Source: the human T2T-CHM13v2.0 reference genome, Homo sapiens. Taken from it: a stretch of 64,000 bases of DNA. The translations under genes were made by a program, and so were the position numbers. A model generated the notes under the pieces. The model was not told the DNA's origin and did not search any database. It was given only the letters and a program-made list of their open reading frames with translations. Below are positions 1 to 19,819 of the stretch, one piece after another (the first letter of the stretch is position 1; every line of letters starts with the position of its first letter). The stretch is taken from positions 6,784,001 to 6,848,000 of the forward strand of contig CP086569.2 of the NCBI GenBank assembly GCA_009914755.4, written 5' to 3'.

Positions 1-2162
<2,162 letters not shown>

Positions 2163-2233
2163 TATGATGTTAGCTGGTTATTTTGCTCATTAGTTGATGT
2201 AGTTTCTTCCCAGCATCAATGGTCTTTACCATT

Positions 2234-2926
2234 TGGCATGTTTTTGCAGTGGCTCGTACCGGTTGTTTCTTTCCATGTTTAGTGCTTCCTTCAGGAGCTC
2301 CTTTAGGGCAGGCCTGGTGGTGACAAAATCTCCCAGCATTTTTTTGTCTGTAAAGGCTTTTATTTCTCTTTCATTTATGAAGCTTAGTTTGGCTGGATAT
2401 GAAATTTTGGGGTGAAAATTCTTTTAAGAATATTGAATATTGGCCCCCACTCTCTTCTGGCTTGTAGAGTTTCTGCCAAGAGATCCACTGTTAGTCTGAT
2501 GGGCTTCCCTTTGTGGGTAACTGACCTTTCTCTCTGGCAGTCCTTAACATGTTTTCCTTCATTTCAACTTTGGTGAATCTGACAGTTATGTGTCTTGGAG
2601 TTGCTCTTCTTGAGGAGTATCTTTGTGGTGTTCTCTGTATTTCCTGAATTTGAATGTTGGCCTGCCTTGCTAGATTGGGGAAGTTCTTCTGGATAATATC
2701 TTGAACAGTGTTTTCCAACTTGGTTCCATTCTCATCATCACTTTTAGTTACACCAATCAGATGTAGATATGGTCTTTTCACATAGTCCCATATTTCTTGG
2801 AGGCTTTGTTCATTTCTTTTTACTCTTTTTTCTCTAAACTTCTTGCTTCATTTCATTCATTTGATCTTCAGTCACTGATACGCTTTCTTCCACTTGATCA
2901 AATTGGCTATTGAAATTTGTCCATGT
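2234..2926 (-). pseudogene. L1 ORF1, C-terminal two thirds, disrupted
   Basis: Minus ORF 2491-2781 matches ORF1p. The upstream coiled-coil coding sequence ends at 2926. Confidence 0.6.
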
Positions 2927-3963
2927 GGAGGGGGCTGCCAAGATGGCTGAATAGGAACAGCTCTGCTCTACAGCTCCCAGTGTGAGCAACGCAGAAGATG
3001 GGTGATTTCTGCATTTCCATCTGAGGTACCAGGTTCATCTCACTAGGGAGTGCCAGACAGCGGGCGCAGGACAGTGGGTGCAGCTCACCATGCGTGAGCT
3101 AAAGCAGGGTGAGGCATTGCCTCACTCAGGAAGCACACGGGGCCAGGGAGTTCCCTTTCCTAGTCAAAGAAAGGGGTGACAGATGGCACCTGGAAAATCG
3201 GATCACTCCCACCCTAATACTGCGCTTTTCTGATGGGCTTAAAAAACGGCGCACCAGGAGATTATATCCTGCACATGGCTCAGAGGGTCCTACACCCACG
3301 GAGTCTCACTGATTGCTAGCACAGCAGTCTGAGATCAAACTGCAAGGTGGCAGTGAGGCTGGGGGAGGGGTGCCCGCCATTGCCCAGGCTTGCGTAGGTA
3401 AACTAAGCAGCCGGGAAGCTCAAACTGGGTGGAGCCCACCACAGCTCAAGGAGGCCTGCCTGCCTCTGTAGGCTCCACCTCTGGGGACAGGGCACAGAAA
3501 AACAAAAAGACATCAGTAACCTCTGCAGACTTACATGTCCCTGTCTGACAGCTTTGAAGAGAGCAGTGGTTCTCCCAGCACGCAGCTGGAGATCTGAGAA
3601 GGGGCAGACTGCCTCCTCAAGTGGGTCCCTGACCCCTGACCCCCAAGCAGCCTAACTGGGAGGCACCCCCCAGTAGGGGCAGACTGACACCTCACATGGC
3701 CAGGTACTCCTCTGAGACAAAACTTCCAGAGGAATGATCAGACAGCAGCATTCGCAGTTCACAAAAATCCGCTGTTCTGCAGCCACCACTGCTGATACCC
3801 AGGCAAACAGGGTCTGGAGTGGGTCTCTAGCAAACTCCAACAGACCTGCAGCTGAGGGTCCTGTCGGTTAGAAGGAAAACTAACAAACAGAAAGGACATC
3901 CACACCAAAAACCCATCTGTACATCACCATCATCAAAGACCAAAAGTAGATAAAATCACAAAG
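2927..3963 (+). promoter_or_regulatory. L1 5'UTR (internal sense promoter region, CpG-containing)
   Basis: Aligns to the L1 5'UTR consensus that I recall, up to the ORF1 ATG at 3964. Confidence 0.55.
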
Positions 3964-4978
3964 ATGGGGAAAAAACAGAGCAGAAAAACTGGAAACTCTA
4001 AAAAGCAGAGCACCTCTCCTCCTTCAAAGGAACAGAGTTCCTCATCAGCAATGGAACAAAGCTGGACAGAGGATGACTTTGGCGAGTTGAGAGAAGAAGG
4101 CTTCAGATGATCAAACTACTCTGAGCTATAGGAGGAAATTCAAACCAAAGGCAAAGAAGTTGAAAACTTTGAAAAAAATTTAGATGAATGTCTAACTAGA
4201 ATAACCAATACAGAGAAGTGCTTAAAGGAGTTGATGGAGCTGAAAGCCAAGGCTTGAGAACTACGTGAAGAATTCAGAAGCCTCAGGAGCTGATGCGAAC
4301 AACTGGAAGAAAGTGTATCAGTGATGGAAGATGAAATGAATAAAATGAAGCAAGAAGGGAAGTTTAGAGAAAAAAGAATTAAAAAAAAATGAAGAAAGCC
4401 TCAAGAAATATGGGACTATGTGAAAAGACCAAATCTACGTCTGATTGGTGTACTGAAAGTGATGGGGAGAATGGAACCAAGTTGGAAAACACTCTGCAGG
4501 ATATTATCCAGAAGGACTTCCCCAATCTAGCAAGACAGGTCAACATTCAGATTCAGGAAATACAGAGAACACCACAAAGATACTCTTCAAGAAGAGCAAC
4601 TCCAAGACACATAATTGTCAGATTCACCAAAGTTGAAATGAAGGAAAAAATGTTAAGGGCAGCCAGAGAGATAGGTCGGGTTACCCTCAAAGGGAAGCCC
4701 ATCAGACTAACAGCTGATCTCTTGGCAGAAACTCTACAAGCCAGAAGAGAGTGGGGCCAATATTCAACATTCTTAAAGAAAAGAATTTTCAACCCAGAAT
4801 TTCACATCCAGCCAAACTAAGCTTCATAAGTGAAGGAGAAATAAAATACTTTACAGACAAGCAAATGCTGAGAGATTTTGTCACCACCAGGCCTGCCCTA
4901 AAAGAGCTCCTGAAGGTAGCGCTAAACATGGAAAGGAACAACCGGTACCAGCCACTGCAAAATCATGCCAAGTTGTAA
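3964..4978 (+). pseudogene. L1 ORF1 (multiple stops)
   Basis: ATG at 3964 (MGKKQSRKTGNS...) and a TAA at ~4976. The track shows only fragments 4389-4820 and 4751-4978. Confidence 0.75.
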
Positions 4979-5041
4979 AGACCATTGAGGCTAGGAAGAA
5001 ACTGCATCAACTAATGAGCAAAATAACCAGCTAACATCATA

Positions 5042-8382
<3,341 letters not shown>

Positions 8383-8579
8383 ACAATGAGAACACATGGA
8401 CACAGGAAGGGGAACATCACACTCTGGGGACTGTTGTGGGGTAGGGGTAGTGGGGAAGGATAGCATTAGAAGATATACCTAATGCTAGATGACGAGTTAA
8501 TGGGTGCGGCACACCAGCATGGCACATGTATACATATGTAACTAACCTGCACATTGTGCACATGTACCCTAAAACTTAA

Positions 8580-8885
<306 letters not shown>

Positions 8886-8949
8886 ACTGACTTTCTGAAC
8901 CCCGAGTGTATTAGCCACCATAACAGACACCTTTTGTCTGATACATTCT

Positions 8950-9130
8950 GTGGATCATATTCCTTTTTTATATATAATTTTACCTTTTATTTTAGATTTG
9001 AGTGGTACAGGTACAGGTTTGTTTCATGGGTATATCATGTGACACTGAGGTTTGGAATGCAGATGATCCCATCACCCAGGTACTGAGCATAGCACCCCAC
9101 AGGTAGTGTTTCAGCCCTGGCCCCTCCATC
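8950..9130 (-). mobile_element. Possible old L1 3'-end fragment
   Basis: ttttagatttgagtggtacaggtacaggtttgtttcatgggtatatcatgtgacactgaggtttgg resembles the reverse complement of an L1 3'UTR. Confidence 0.3.
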
Positions 9131-9360
9131 TCTCCACCCTCTAGTATTCCCTAGTATCTACTGTTCCCAACTTTGTGTGCATGTATAGATTGTATTTCTT
9201 AGATTTCTCTAAATAACGGGGCAGGGAAGGTAGTGTGAACGATGTAAAGGTGTGCCAAATTGGTTCTGCAGAATTAATGTTTTTTGAATAAAGTATTCAA
9301 TTTTCTCAAGTGAGCAGGCCAGTTTCTCAAGAAAAATTTCATTTGAATCCTCCACCCCGA

Positions 9361-9400
9361 GCCTGCGGAGAGAAAGAGAGAGAGGGAGGGAGAGAGACCT
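9361..9400. repeat. (GA)n-rich simple repeat
   Basis: gagagaaagagagagagggagggagagaga. Confidence 0.6.
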
Positions 9401-9465
9401 GTTAAGAGTTGTACTTGTTCTCCTGCAGTGATATGACTTATTTCTTAATGACAACCCTTGCCGTT

Positions 9466-9753
9466 TTTCTTTTTTTTTTTTTTTTTTTGGAGCCAGAGTC
9501 TCACTCTGTCACCCAGGCTGGGGTACAGTGACCAGATAACAGCTCACTGCAACCTTCACCTCCTCGGTTCTCCTGCCTCAGCCTCCTGAGTAGCTGGGAC
9601 TACAGGTGCCCACCACCACGACTGGCTAATTTTTGTATTTTTAGTAGAGACACGGTTTAGTCCAGACAGGGTCTGGATCTCTTGACTTTGTAATTCATCC
9701 GCCTCAGCCTCCCAGAGTGCTAGGGTTACAGGCATGAGCCACCGAGCCCAGCC
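9466..9753 (-). mobile_element. Alu SINE
   Basis: Poly-T then ggagccagagtctcactctgtcacccaggctgg ... ggttacaggcatgagccaccgagcccagcc. Confidence 0.9.
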
Positions 9754-10183
9754 AACCCTTGTTGTTTTCTAAGAGAAAAAAAAGGAGAATGAATGAAATG
9801 TTAAAAGTGGTATTATGTATAATTTTTAAGAGCATAAAGAGAAAATGAAGAATTATAAAAACAAAGGCCAGGAAAGCAAACAGTGTTCTTCCTCCATGTG
9901 GTAGCCAGATGATGTTTTAGGCAAATACCCTGCAAACTGCACAGCCACGTACTCATCTCAAAGGTCTTTCCATGGAGCAACAGCAGTTTTGATCATATCG
10001 TCGTTACCACCATCACCACTTTCTTTCACTCATGTGAAACACCTCTGCAGTGGTTTGGTTTTGTTTTTGTTGGTGGGTTTGGTGGTTGGTAGCTGAGTTT
10101 GTTTCTGGCTTAAAGGGCACATTTGATGAAGAAATCGTTTATGTTTTCAAATATGTAGGCTTTAGTAAACTATCTCACTCTGA

Positions 10184-10590
<407 letters not shown>

Positions 10591-11563
10591 CTAGAACCAC
10601 GTTAAACAACAATGGCTTACCACATTCATGCTTCCATGGGACATGGCAAGTTCACTTCGAGACTGCACCTTTATTTATCTTTTGTTATTCTTCACCATAC
10701 ATCCATCTTACTTTGTAGGGTCTTCACAATGATGAATGGCCCAAGACTCATATGGTCAGAACTGAGATCTGAGACTGTCAGCCAGATCAGTGTCCCAATA
10801 TTTATTTCTGCTTGGAATGTTATTCAAGATATTCAGTATATTCAACAAATATTCAATATTCAACAAAATATTTAATGCTATTCAAAATATTCAATAACAG
10901 ATACAGGAACTGACTAAGGAGAAGGATCCTTGTCAAAATGCATCACCAGCATGAGAAGATTGGGAGTCCCAATCTGGTGTGTGACATCCAGAGACCTGAG
11001 GTCTGGGACAGAGGCTCTTTTATCTATCACTGCAGAGGTGTGGCAATATTTTAAACCCAAGAATATCCCAAGAAATATTGTAAAGCCATGAAATGTATAC
11101 ACATTGGCTGATCAACCTTGTTTCTGCTCAAAGCCATCTTATGAGTGTTTGGTAGTAGAATCCTCCATTCAAACAATCTAACCCAAAACAAATGGAGACA
11201 TTGAATGATTCCAAGTAAACAATGGGCTCTCAATTTCAGGGAAAAGAAATGGCCATATTTCGACTCATTCTGAGCATATACTTTTAAGGTAGAGAAAGAG
11301 GCAGAAAAAAATAGTAAGTATTTCCTGACACAGCAATGCTCACTCTTTCCATAGAATGTTGTAGCAGCCCCCTCAAGACTGATAATGACCTGCAGAATGA
11401 ATACCAAGGACACTCACAGGATATAAGGGTCATCTTGAAGCTTAACAGTTCTAACCTCCCCCTCCTCTGGCACATTGCCCCAGTGGGAACAGGCTTTTTT
11501 TGGAATTAAAACAAACAAACAAACAAACAATTCCCCAATTATACTAGATTGGCACAAAAGTGA

Positions 11564-11920
<357 letters not shown>

Positions 11921-12289
11921 TAATATAAGCTTACATTTTGGTCTACGCAAATCCTCCAGCAACTATACTTCAGAACAGCATGAAAAAATACGCAGCTTCT
12001 CAGGGAAGTGGAACAATTGGTGCCTGTAACTGTCTGTAAAAGCCACTTTCTCCTCAGCCATGGGATGCAGGAGGCATGTTCTTCCTGCTGGGTCATGAGG
12101 ATGTAGCCTCTGCCACATTCTGAGATCAAATTCCAAGATTCATCTGGCCCTCAGTCATCATTGCCAAGTGTAAAACTACAGCTCCAGTGTACACATTGGA
12201 AGTGGAAGAATAAGATACATGCACCATTACTCCCAGGGTAGAATCAAATCCATCATCTTCTGGCAAACTCAAAGCATGGATGCTAAACA

Positions 12290-13600
12290 CAGAAATAGAC
12301 TCTTGATGGCAATGTAAATTAATTCACCAGCAGTCAAAAGCTGTTTGGAGAGTTCTCAAGGAACTCAGAACTACCATTAGACCCATCAATCCCATTACTG
12401 CTTATATACCCAAGGAAAAATATAACCTTCTGACATAAAGACACCTGCACACACATGTTCATTGCAGCTCTACTTACAATAGCAAAGACACAGAATCAAC
12501 CCTAGTGCCCATCCATGTGGAGTGGGTAAGGAAAATATGGTACTTATACACCATGGAATACACAGCCATAAAAAAGAATAAAATCATGTCCTTTGTAGCA
12601 ACAAAGATGCAGCTGGAGGCCATTATTCTAAGCAAATTAATGCAAGAACAGAAAACCAAAGATGGCCTATTCTCACTTATAAAGTGGGAAGTAAACATTG
12701 GGTACTCATGGACATAAGGATACGAACAATAGACACTGGGGACTACTAGAGGGGAGAGGAAGGAAGGGAGACAGGGCTGGGAAAGTACCCCCTGGGTACT
12801 ATGCTCACTACCTGGGTGATGAGATTCATACAGGAGCTAGAAAGAAATTATTCAGACAAATAGTGAGGGTAAAAGAGTCCTCGGTGGAATTTCTCTTAAC
12901 AAAAGGAAGCTCCAAAATCATATCTTTTCTAACAAAGAGCAGCCTGAAAAATCATGCTGCAGACCTAGATAAACAAGGCGGAAGCTTGCACAGGTGAATG
13001 CCGGCAGCTGTGCCAATAGAAAAGGGCTACCTGGGGGCCAGGCACGTTCAACATGGAGGCTCCATCTTCCCTTTTCTTTTTCACAACGTGTACCTTAAAG
13101 GAACAGGCAACATAGTGCCAACCAGGTAGAGAATCCATCTGCATAATTAAAGATTAGGGTGAAGGTGGCCAGGTTTTGGTGCCCTGTGCAAATGGCATGC
13201 CTAGCCCTAACCAGTTTTTTTACCCTATGCAAATAACACACCTGGTCCAACCAATCTCTTGCATGCAATCTAAATCAGACACGGTGTCATCAAGCTCATC
13301 TATAAAACCATTACGTTTTGTCGCAGACCAGAAAACACACTCAGGACCCCCTCTTTGCAGAAGAGAGCTCTTCTCGTTCCTTCACCTGTTAAACTTCCTC
13401 CCTTAACTTCACTCCTTGTGTCCCTGTCCTTGATTTCCTCAGTGTGAGACAACGAACCTCAGGTGTCACCCTAGATGAATGATGCCACTTCAGGATCATT
13501 CAACCCCCAGACCGCAGTATCATACATTATATCCATGTAAAAAACCCACACATGAACCCCCTGAATCTAAAATAAAAGTCATTTTTTTTAAAAAGAAATA
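12290..13600 (+). mobile_element. Old L1 (L1PB/L1M-type) 3' end, split by a ~650-bp insertion at 12834-13478
   Basis: The ORF2 C-terminus (PSIPLLLIYPRKNITF..HMFIAALLTIAKTQNQP..WVRKIWYLYTMEYTAIKKNKIMSFVATKMQLEAIILS) runs to ...ctgggtactatgctcactacctgggtgatgag at ~12833. The terminal 3'UTR ...atccatgtaaaaaacccacacatgaaccccctgaatctaaaataaaagt follows at 13479-13600. Confidence 0.55.
12834..13478 (+). mobile_element. Unclassified LTR-like insertion inside the L1 3'UTR
   Basis: It interrupts otherwise collinear L1 3'UTR sequence. It contains ccaatc and tataaaa boxes followed by an R-like segment. Family not recognised. Confidence 0.3.
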
Positions 13601-13604
13601 CACT

Positions 13605-13882
13605 CTAAAGGACATATATTGTATGATTTCACATATATGAGTACCTCTATAATAGGCAAATTCATGGAGACAAAGTAGAATGGTGGTTACTAGGAGGTGG
13701 GGAAGTAGAGAACAGGGTGTTAGTGTTTAATGGGACAGAGTTTCAGTATGGAAGATAAAGAATTTCCAGAGATGGATGGTGGTGGCAGTTGCACAATATG
13801 AGTGCACTTAATGCCACTCAACTGTACACTTGAAAATAGCTAAAATGGTCAATTTTGTCTTATGTATACTTTGCCACACAAT
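13605..13882 (+). mobile_element. L1M (L1MA/MB-like) 3'-terminal fragment
   Basis: ...caaagtagaatggtggttactaggaggtgg...gtttaatgggacagagtttcagtatggaagataaagaatttccagagatggatggtggtggcagttgcacaatatgagtgcacttaatgccactcaactgtacacttgaaaat matches the L1MA 3'-end motif I recall. Confidence 0.5.
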
Positions 13883-14008
13883 TTTTTTTTTTTTGAGATG
13901 GTGTCTTGGTATGTGGGCCAGGCAGGTCTTGAACTCCCGCCCTCAAGTGATCTTCCCACCTCAGTCTCCCATAGTGCTGAAATTACAGGCATAAGCCACT
14001 GTGCCCAG
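13883..14008 (-). mobile_element. Partial Alu (about one monomer) inserted at the A-rich end of the L1M fragment
   Basis: tttttttttttttgagatggtgtcttggtatgtgggccaggcaggtcttgaactcc...gctgaaattacaggcataagccactgtgcccag. Confidence 0.7.
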
Positions 14009-14799
14009 TGTTTGCCACAGTTCCTAAAATGACACACACAGACTTGGTATCTTTATAAAGGAAGAGCAGTGAAGTCTCTTCCTTTAGTGCAGTCTAGTGC
14101 AGACTAGAAAGACAGCCAAGGTTTCAGAGGCTCATCTTTGATCCCTGGTTTCCAGGCACCCGTCCCTGTGACCCATCGCAGCCCATGTGCTGCACACCTC
14201 TCCCAGGAATGCATTATTTTATTTGCTCTTTTTCTGCAAAACTGCCAAAGTTGATATTTTGTCATAAGCAGCCCTACTCGTGAACCACGTAGCAATGCTC
14301 TGGAGGAAGAATATACAAAATCACTTTCTGGTGACTGTAAGAAGTCCTTTCATCAGAAACTGGATTGAAAGTGTTGGATGAAAATGAAAACCCCGATCTC
14401 ACTGGAGCTGGTGTGTGGCAGCCCCAGCCTGTGGTTAGTGAAGCCCCAGGGCTTCCCTGCAGGCTGACAGTGCGTCAGTGGCTGAGGCTGGTAATGAACA
14501 CCCCAGGGATTGCCTCTCTCCCAGGAATTCTCTCACTGCTAGTGGGAAAGAAGAAACAGGCATGGTTTTCCTTCATAATTCCTCAGGGCTCACAGACAGA
14601 CCGATTAGCCTACACGTGAAATAAACATGAAGTTTCCCTATCAGGAACCAATCTAAATGCAGGGATATTTAAATGATGTCAGCCCAATACAGCCCAAGGG
14701 TGATCAGAAACCCATCCCATTACAGGGAGCTTCAGAACATGACAAACCAGTACTTCAAAGGTGAATGATTAAAAGGTTTGAGAATGTACCCAAGTTAAA

Positions 14800-14955
14800 A
14801 TATTTGTTTATATATATATGTTTTTTATATATGTTTATATAAATGAGTGTATATATATAAACAAGTGTATATATAACCAAATATATATATGTGTATATAT
14901 ATATAACCAAATATATATATGTATATATATAACCAAATATATATACATATATATT
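14800..14955. repeat. TA-rich minisatellite. Units of about 26-30 bp (aaccaaatatatatatgtatatatat) in about 5 copies
   Basis: Direct reading of the repeated units. Confidence 0.7.
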
Positions 14956-14985
14956 TGAGAGAGAGAGACAGAGAGAGAGAGAGAC
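14956..14985. repeat. (GA)n simple repeat
   Basis: gagagagagacagagagagagagagaca. Confidence 0.7.
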
Positions 14986-15507
14986 AGGGTCTCTCTGTCT
15001 TCCAGGCTGGAGTGTAGCAGTGCAATCACAGCTCACTGCAGCCTCAAACTCCTGAGCTCAAGCAATCCACCTGCTTCAACCTCTCTAGTTACTGGGGCTA
15101 CAGGTGTGCACCACCACACTCAGCTAATTTTTAGTATTTTGTAGAGATGGGGGTCTCACAATGTTCCCCATGCTGGTGCTGAACTCCTCAGCCTCCTGAG
15201 TCGTTGAAACTACAAGTGGGTGCCACCACACATAGCTATTTTTTAAAAATTTTTGTAGACGTGGAGTCTCAATGTGTTGCCCAGTCTAGTCTCAAACTTC
15301 TGGGCTCAACAATTGCCTCACTTCAGCCTCCCAAGTGCTTGAGACTATAGGTGTGTGCAAACACACTCAGCTAATTTTTTATTTTTTGTAGACACAGAGT
15401 CCTATAGTGTTGCCCAGGCTGCTATCAAACTCCTGGGCTCAAGTGATCCTACTGCATCAGCTTCCCAAGGTGCTGGGATTACAGGCATGAGCTACTACGC
15501 CAGGCCT
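14983..15507 (-). mobile_element. Alu-derived cluster: three tandem partial Alu copies in reverse orientation
   Basis: Three successive blocks each carry the ...ctcagcctcc(c/t)(a/g)agt(a/g)ctgg...tacaggtgtg... motifs: 14983-15140, ~15140-15330 and ~15330-15507. Confidence 0.65.
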
Positions 15508-15606
15508 CATTTTCTTTCTCTGCTTTTTGCAGAAAAAGGCAATTAGAATTATATTAGAAAAAAAGCCAAGGAAACATGATCCATGTGTACCACAGGGGGG
15601 AGACAC

Positions 15607-15908
15607 TTTTTTTTTTTTTTTTTTTTTTTGAGATGGAGTCTCCCTTTGTCACCCTGGCTGCAGTCCAATGGTGTGATCTTGGCTCACTGCAAGATCCGTC
15701 TCCCGGGTTCAAGTGATTTCCCTGCCTCAGGCTCCTGAGTAGCTGGGACTACAGGCGCATGCCACCACACCTGGCTAACTTTCATGTTTTTAGTAGAGAT
15801 GGGATTTCACCATGTTGACCAGGCTGGTCTCAAACTCCTGACCTCAGGTGATCTACCCACCTTGGACTCCCAAAGTACTGGGATGACAGGTGTGAGCCTC
15901 CACTCCTG
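15607..15908 (-). mobile_element. Alu SINE
   Basis: Poly-T(22) then gagatggagtctccctttgtcaccctggctgcagtccaatgg ... gggatgacaggtgtgagcctccactcctgg. Confidence 0.9.
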
Positions 15909-16150
15909 GGTGACACTTTTATTTCAAAAACAAACAATATAAAATTTCAGTTAGGAGGAATAAGTTCAAGGGATCCATTGTACAATACGGGGACTGTAGT
16001 TCACAACAATGTATTACATACTTGAAAATTACTGAGAGCAGATTTTAAATATTCTCATCTGACACAAAAAAGATAAATATATAAGGTGATATATGAGTTA
16101 ATTAGTTCAATTTAGCCACTCTGCAATGTGCATATATTTCAAAACATTGT

Positions 16151-16446
<296 letters not shown>

Positions 16447-16498
16447 GTGATATTATGCTCCATAAATATATGCAATTTTTAAAAAGAAAAAAGAAAAG

Positions 16499-16805
16499 GC
16501 TGGGCACAGTGGCTCATACCTGTAATCCCAGCACTTTGGAAGGTGAGGTGGGTGGATCACCTGAAGTCAGGGGTTTGAGACCAATCTGGCGAACATGGTG
16601 AAACCCCATCTCTACTAAAAGTACAAAAATTAGCTGGGTGTGGTGGCATGCACCTATAATCCCAGCTATTCAGAAGGCTGAGGCAGGAGAATTGCTTGAA
16701 CCAGGGAGGTGGAGTTTCCAGTGAGCTGAGATTGTGCCACTAGACTCCAGCCTGGGGGACAGAGTGAGACTCCATCTCAATCAATCAATAAATCAATAAT
16801 AAATA
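16499..16805 (+). mobile_element. Alu SINE
   Basis: ggctgggcacagtggctcatacctgtaatcccagcactttgg ... gactccatctcaatcaatcaataaatcaataataaata. Confidence 0.9.
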
Positions 16806-17479
16806 TCCTTCCTGCCAAATCTTTTTTTAAGAATTTTGTTGTTTCCATTGACATATAATAACTGTCCATATTCCTGGGATACACAGTGATATTTCAATAT
16901 ATATAATGTATAGTGGTCACAGCAGGGTAATTGGCATATTCATCATCTTACACATGTACCATTTCTTTGTGTTGGCAACATTTAATATCCTCTCGGCTAC
17001 TTGAAACTGTATATTATTGTTGCCTAGAGTCATCCTACAGTGCTATAGAACACTAGAACTTATTCCCACTCTCTACCTGTAACTTTGTATCCTTTAACAA
17101 ATCTTACTTTTAAGTAGGCAGGTGGGTTCATAGTTTCATGCAAAACTCATGCCTGCAAATGATGTACAACAGTCTCCCATGTGAAAAGGCAACTAAAAAT
17201 GATAAAGTTCAGGCTTTGCTTCTGGTACTTAGTGATTTGTATTTTATAGCTTGCCCATTTCCCAAAAACTCATGATCCATGAGTTGAATGAGAGTATTTT
17301 CACACCAGTAGTTACCATTTTAGGGAGACCAAAACAAAAAAATGCTTTTTTGAGAAGAAGAAAATTACCTTAGTTGTACAACATTAGGACAAAGTGATTT
17401 TGATGAAATCTGTAGTCTAACAATGACTTGCATTGATAGAGCTTGCTAAAGACAGGATTTATATTACCCTTAAATAAAA

Positions 17480-17745
17480 ATTGAACCCCAAGGTGATGGT
17501 GTTAGGAGGTGAGGCCTTTGGAATGTGATGAAGTCAGGAGCCTCATGAATGGCACTAGTGCCCTTATAAAACGGACCTCAGAGAGCTCCCTCACCCTTTC
17601 CATCATGTGAGGACGTGGCGAGAAGGTGCCAAGTCTATGAAGCAGGAAGCCCTCACCAGACAATGAATCTGCCACACCTTGATCCTGGACTCCAGAGCTG
17701 TGAGCAATAAATCTCTTTTGTTTAACCCAATTCCCATGTGCCCCG
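17480..17745 (+). mobile_element. MLT1-type ERVL-MaLR LTR fragment
   Basis: ...ccatcatgtgaggacgtggcgagaaggtgccaagtctatgaagcaggaagccctcaccagacaatgaatctgccacaccttgatcctggactccagagctgtgagcaataaatctcttttgtttaaccc matches the MLT1 consensus body that I recall. Confidence 0.55.
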
Positions 17746-18149
17746 AGAATACTCTTGACTCTAATCCCAATGTAACAGAAATGTATATGATTTTACATTA
17801 GAATTAGACACAAGCTCTGTTTAGAAATAACTCCAAGAACAGTTTTTGTATTTTATTTTCACACTGAAAATCAATCAGATTTGCTTCAGCCTCAAAGAGC
17901 AAGCATGTTTATGTAAAATTAAATGAACGCAGGCAGTGAGCTGCACCATTTTTTTTTCTAAATGGGAAATGGGTTAAAAGCCATTCATTATATTTTGTAT
18001 TTTGTCATAGCAGTCAAAATGAATTAAGTCAGAGCTCCAGTTTTCTACCCCAGAGGATAGAAAACATTGGTGTCATTTTGCTACTGTTTTGATGTTCTTT
18101 TTATAAAGGATGAAGGAAGGACATACCATGTGAATTCTACTTTTTAGCT

Positions 18150-18452
18150 TTTTTTCTTTTGAGATGCAGTTTTGCTGTTATCACCTGGGCTGTAGTGCAG
18201 AGGCATGATCTTGGCTCATTGTAGCCTCTGCCTCCTGGTTCAAGCAATTCTCCTTCCTCAGCATCCCAAGTAGCTGGGACTACAGGTGCCTGCTACCATG
18301 CCCAGCTAATTTTTTTTTTTTTTTTTTTTTTTTAGTAGAGACAGGATTTCATCATGTTGGCCATGCTTGTCTCGAACTCCTGACCTCCGGTGATCTGCCT
18401 GCCTCAGCTTCCGAAAGTGCTGGGATTACAGACATGAGCCACCACACCCAGG
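18150..18452 (-). mobile_element. Alu SINE
   Basis: tttttcttttgagatgcagttttgctgttatcacctgggctgtagtgcagagg ... gggattacagacatgagccaccacacccagg. Confidence 0.9.
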
Positions 18453-19076
18453 GCAGATCTTTTATCTTATCCTATTTCTAGATGCCAACAGACATTACTC
18501 CTTGCTATCATCCAAGCACCAACAATCTTGGCAGCACCCAAGAGCTGGTTAGGAAGAAACACAATCTAGACCCAACCAGCCCTCTGAAATAACTTTCTGT
18601 ATTTTCACACAAGTGCCCCAGTGATCTCTTTCCAAGTTAACACTCAAGGAGCTATGTCTAGGGACAGAGCATTTTCTCAATCCATAGTGCAACTCCTTGG
18701 GCTAGACCAGTGATTTCCAATCAAGGAAAATTCTGCCCCTGCAGGGAATACTTGTCAACCTCTGGAGGACATTTTTGGTTGTCATAACTTGAGGTGGAGG
18801 GGCTGCTACTGGATCCTAGTGGGTGGACACCAAGGATATTCCTAAACATCCTGCAGTCCACAGGCCAGCCCCCACCACAAAGAATGAATGACACAGTCTC
18901 AAATGTCAATGGTACAGACACTTGCCTAGAGACAACTGCCTAGAGGCTAGAGGAACCAAAATTCTCCTGTGTACTTCCCATAATAAGCAACTGGTTCATC
19001 CTAAAGTTATCTACTGTGAATTAAGGTGCTTTTCATCTATTCCTTCTGATAGTTTATTGGAAATACTGCTTTCTGA

Positions 19077-19628
<552 letters not shown>

Positions 19629-19630
19629 AT

Positions 19631-19767
19631 TTTTTTTTTTTTAATTTTTTGTAGATACAGGGTCTCCGTCTGCTGCCCAGGCTGGTCTCAAACTCCTGAG
19701 CTAAAGAAATCCTCCCACTTCAGCTTCCCAAAGTGCTGGAATTATAGGTGTGAGACACTGCACCCAG
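19631..19767 (-). mobile_element. Partial Alu (about one arm)
   Basis: tttttttttttttaattttttgtagatacagggtctccgtctgctgcccaggctggtctcaaactcctgagc ... ggaattataggtgtgagacactgcacccagc. Confidence 0.7.
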
Positions 19768-19819
19768 CAGGAAGCACTTCTTGGGTGTCAAAGGTGTTTA
19801 TCCCAAGTGATTTTCTTGG

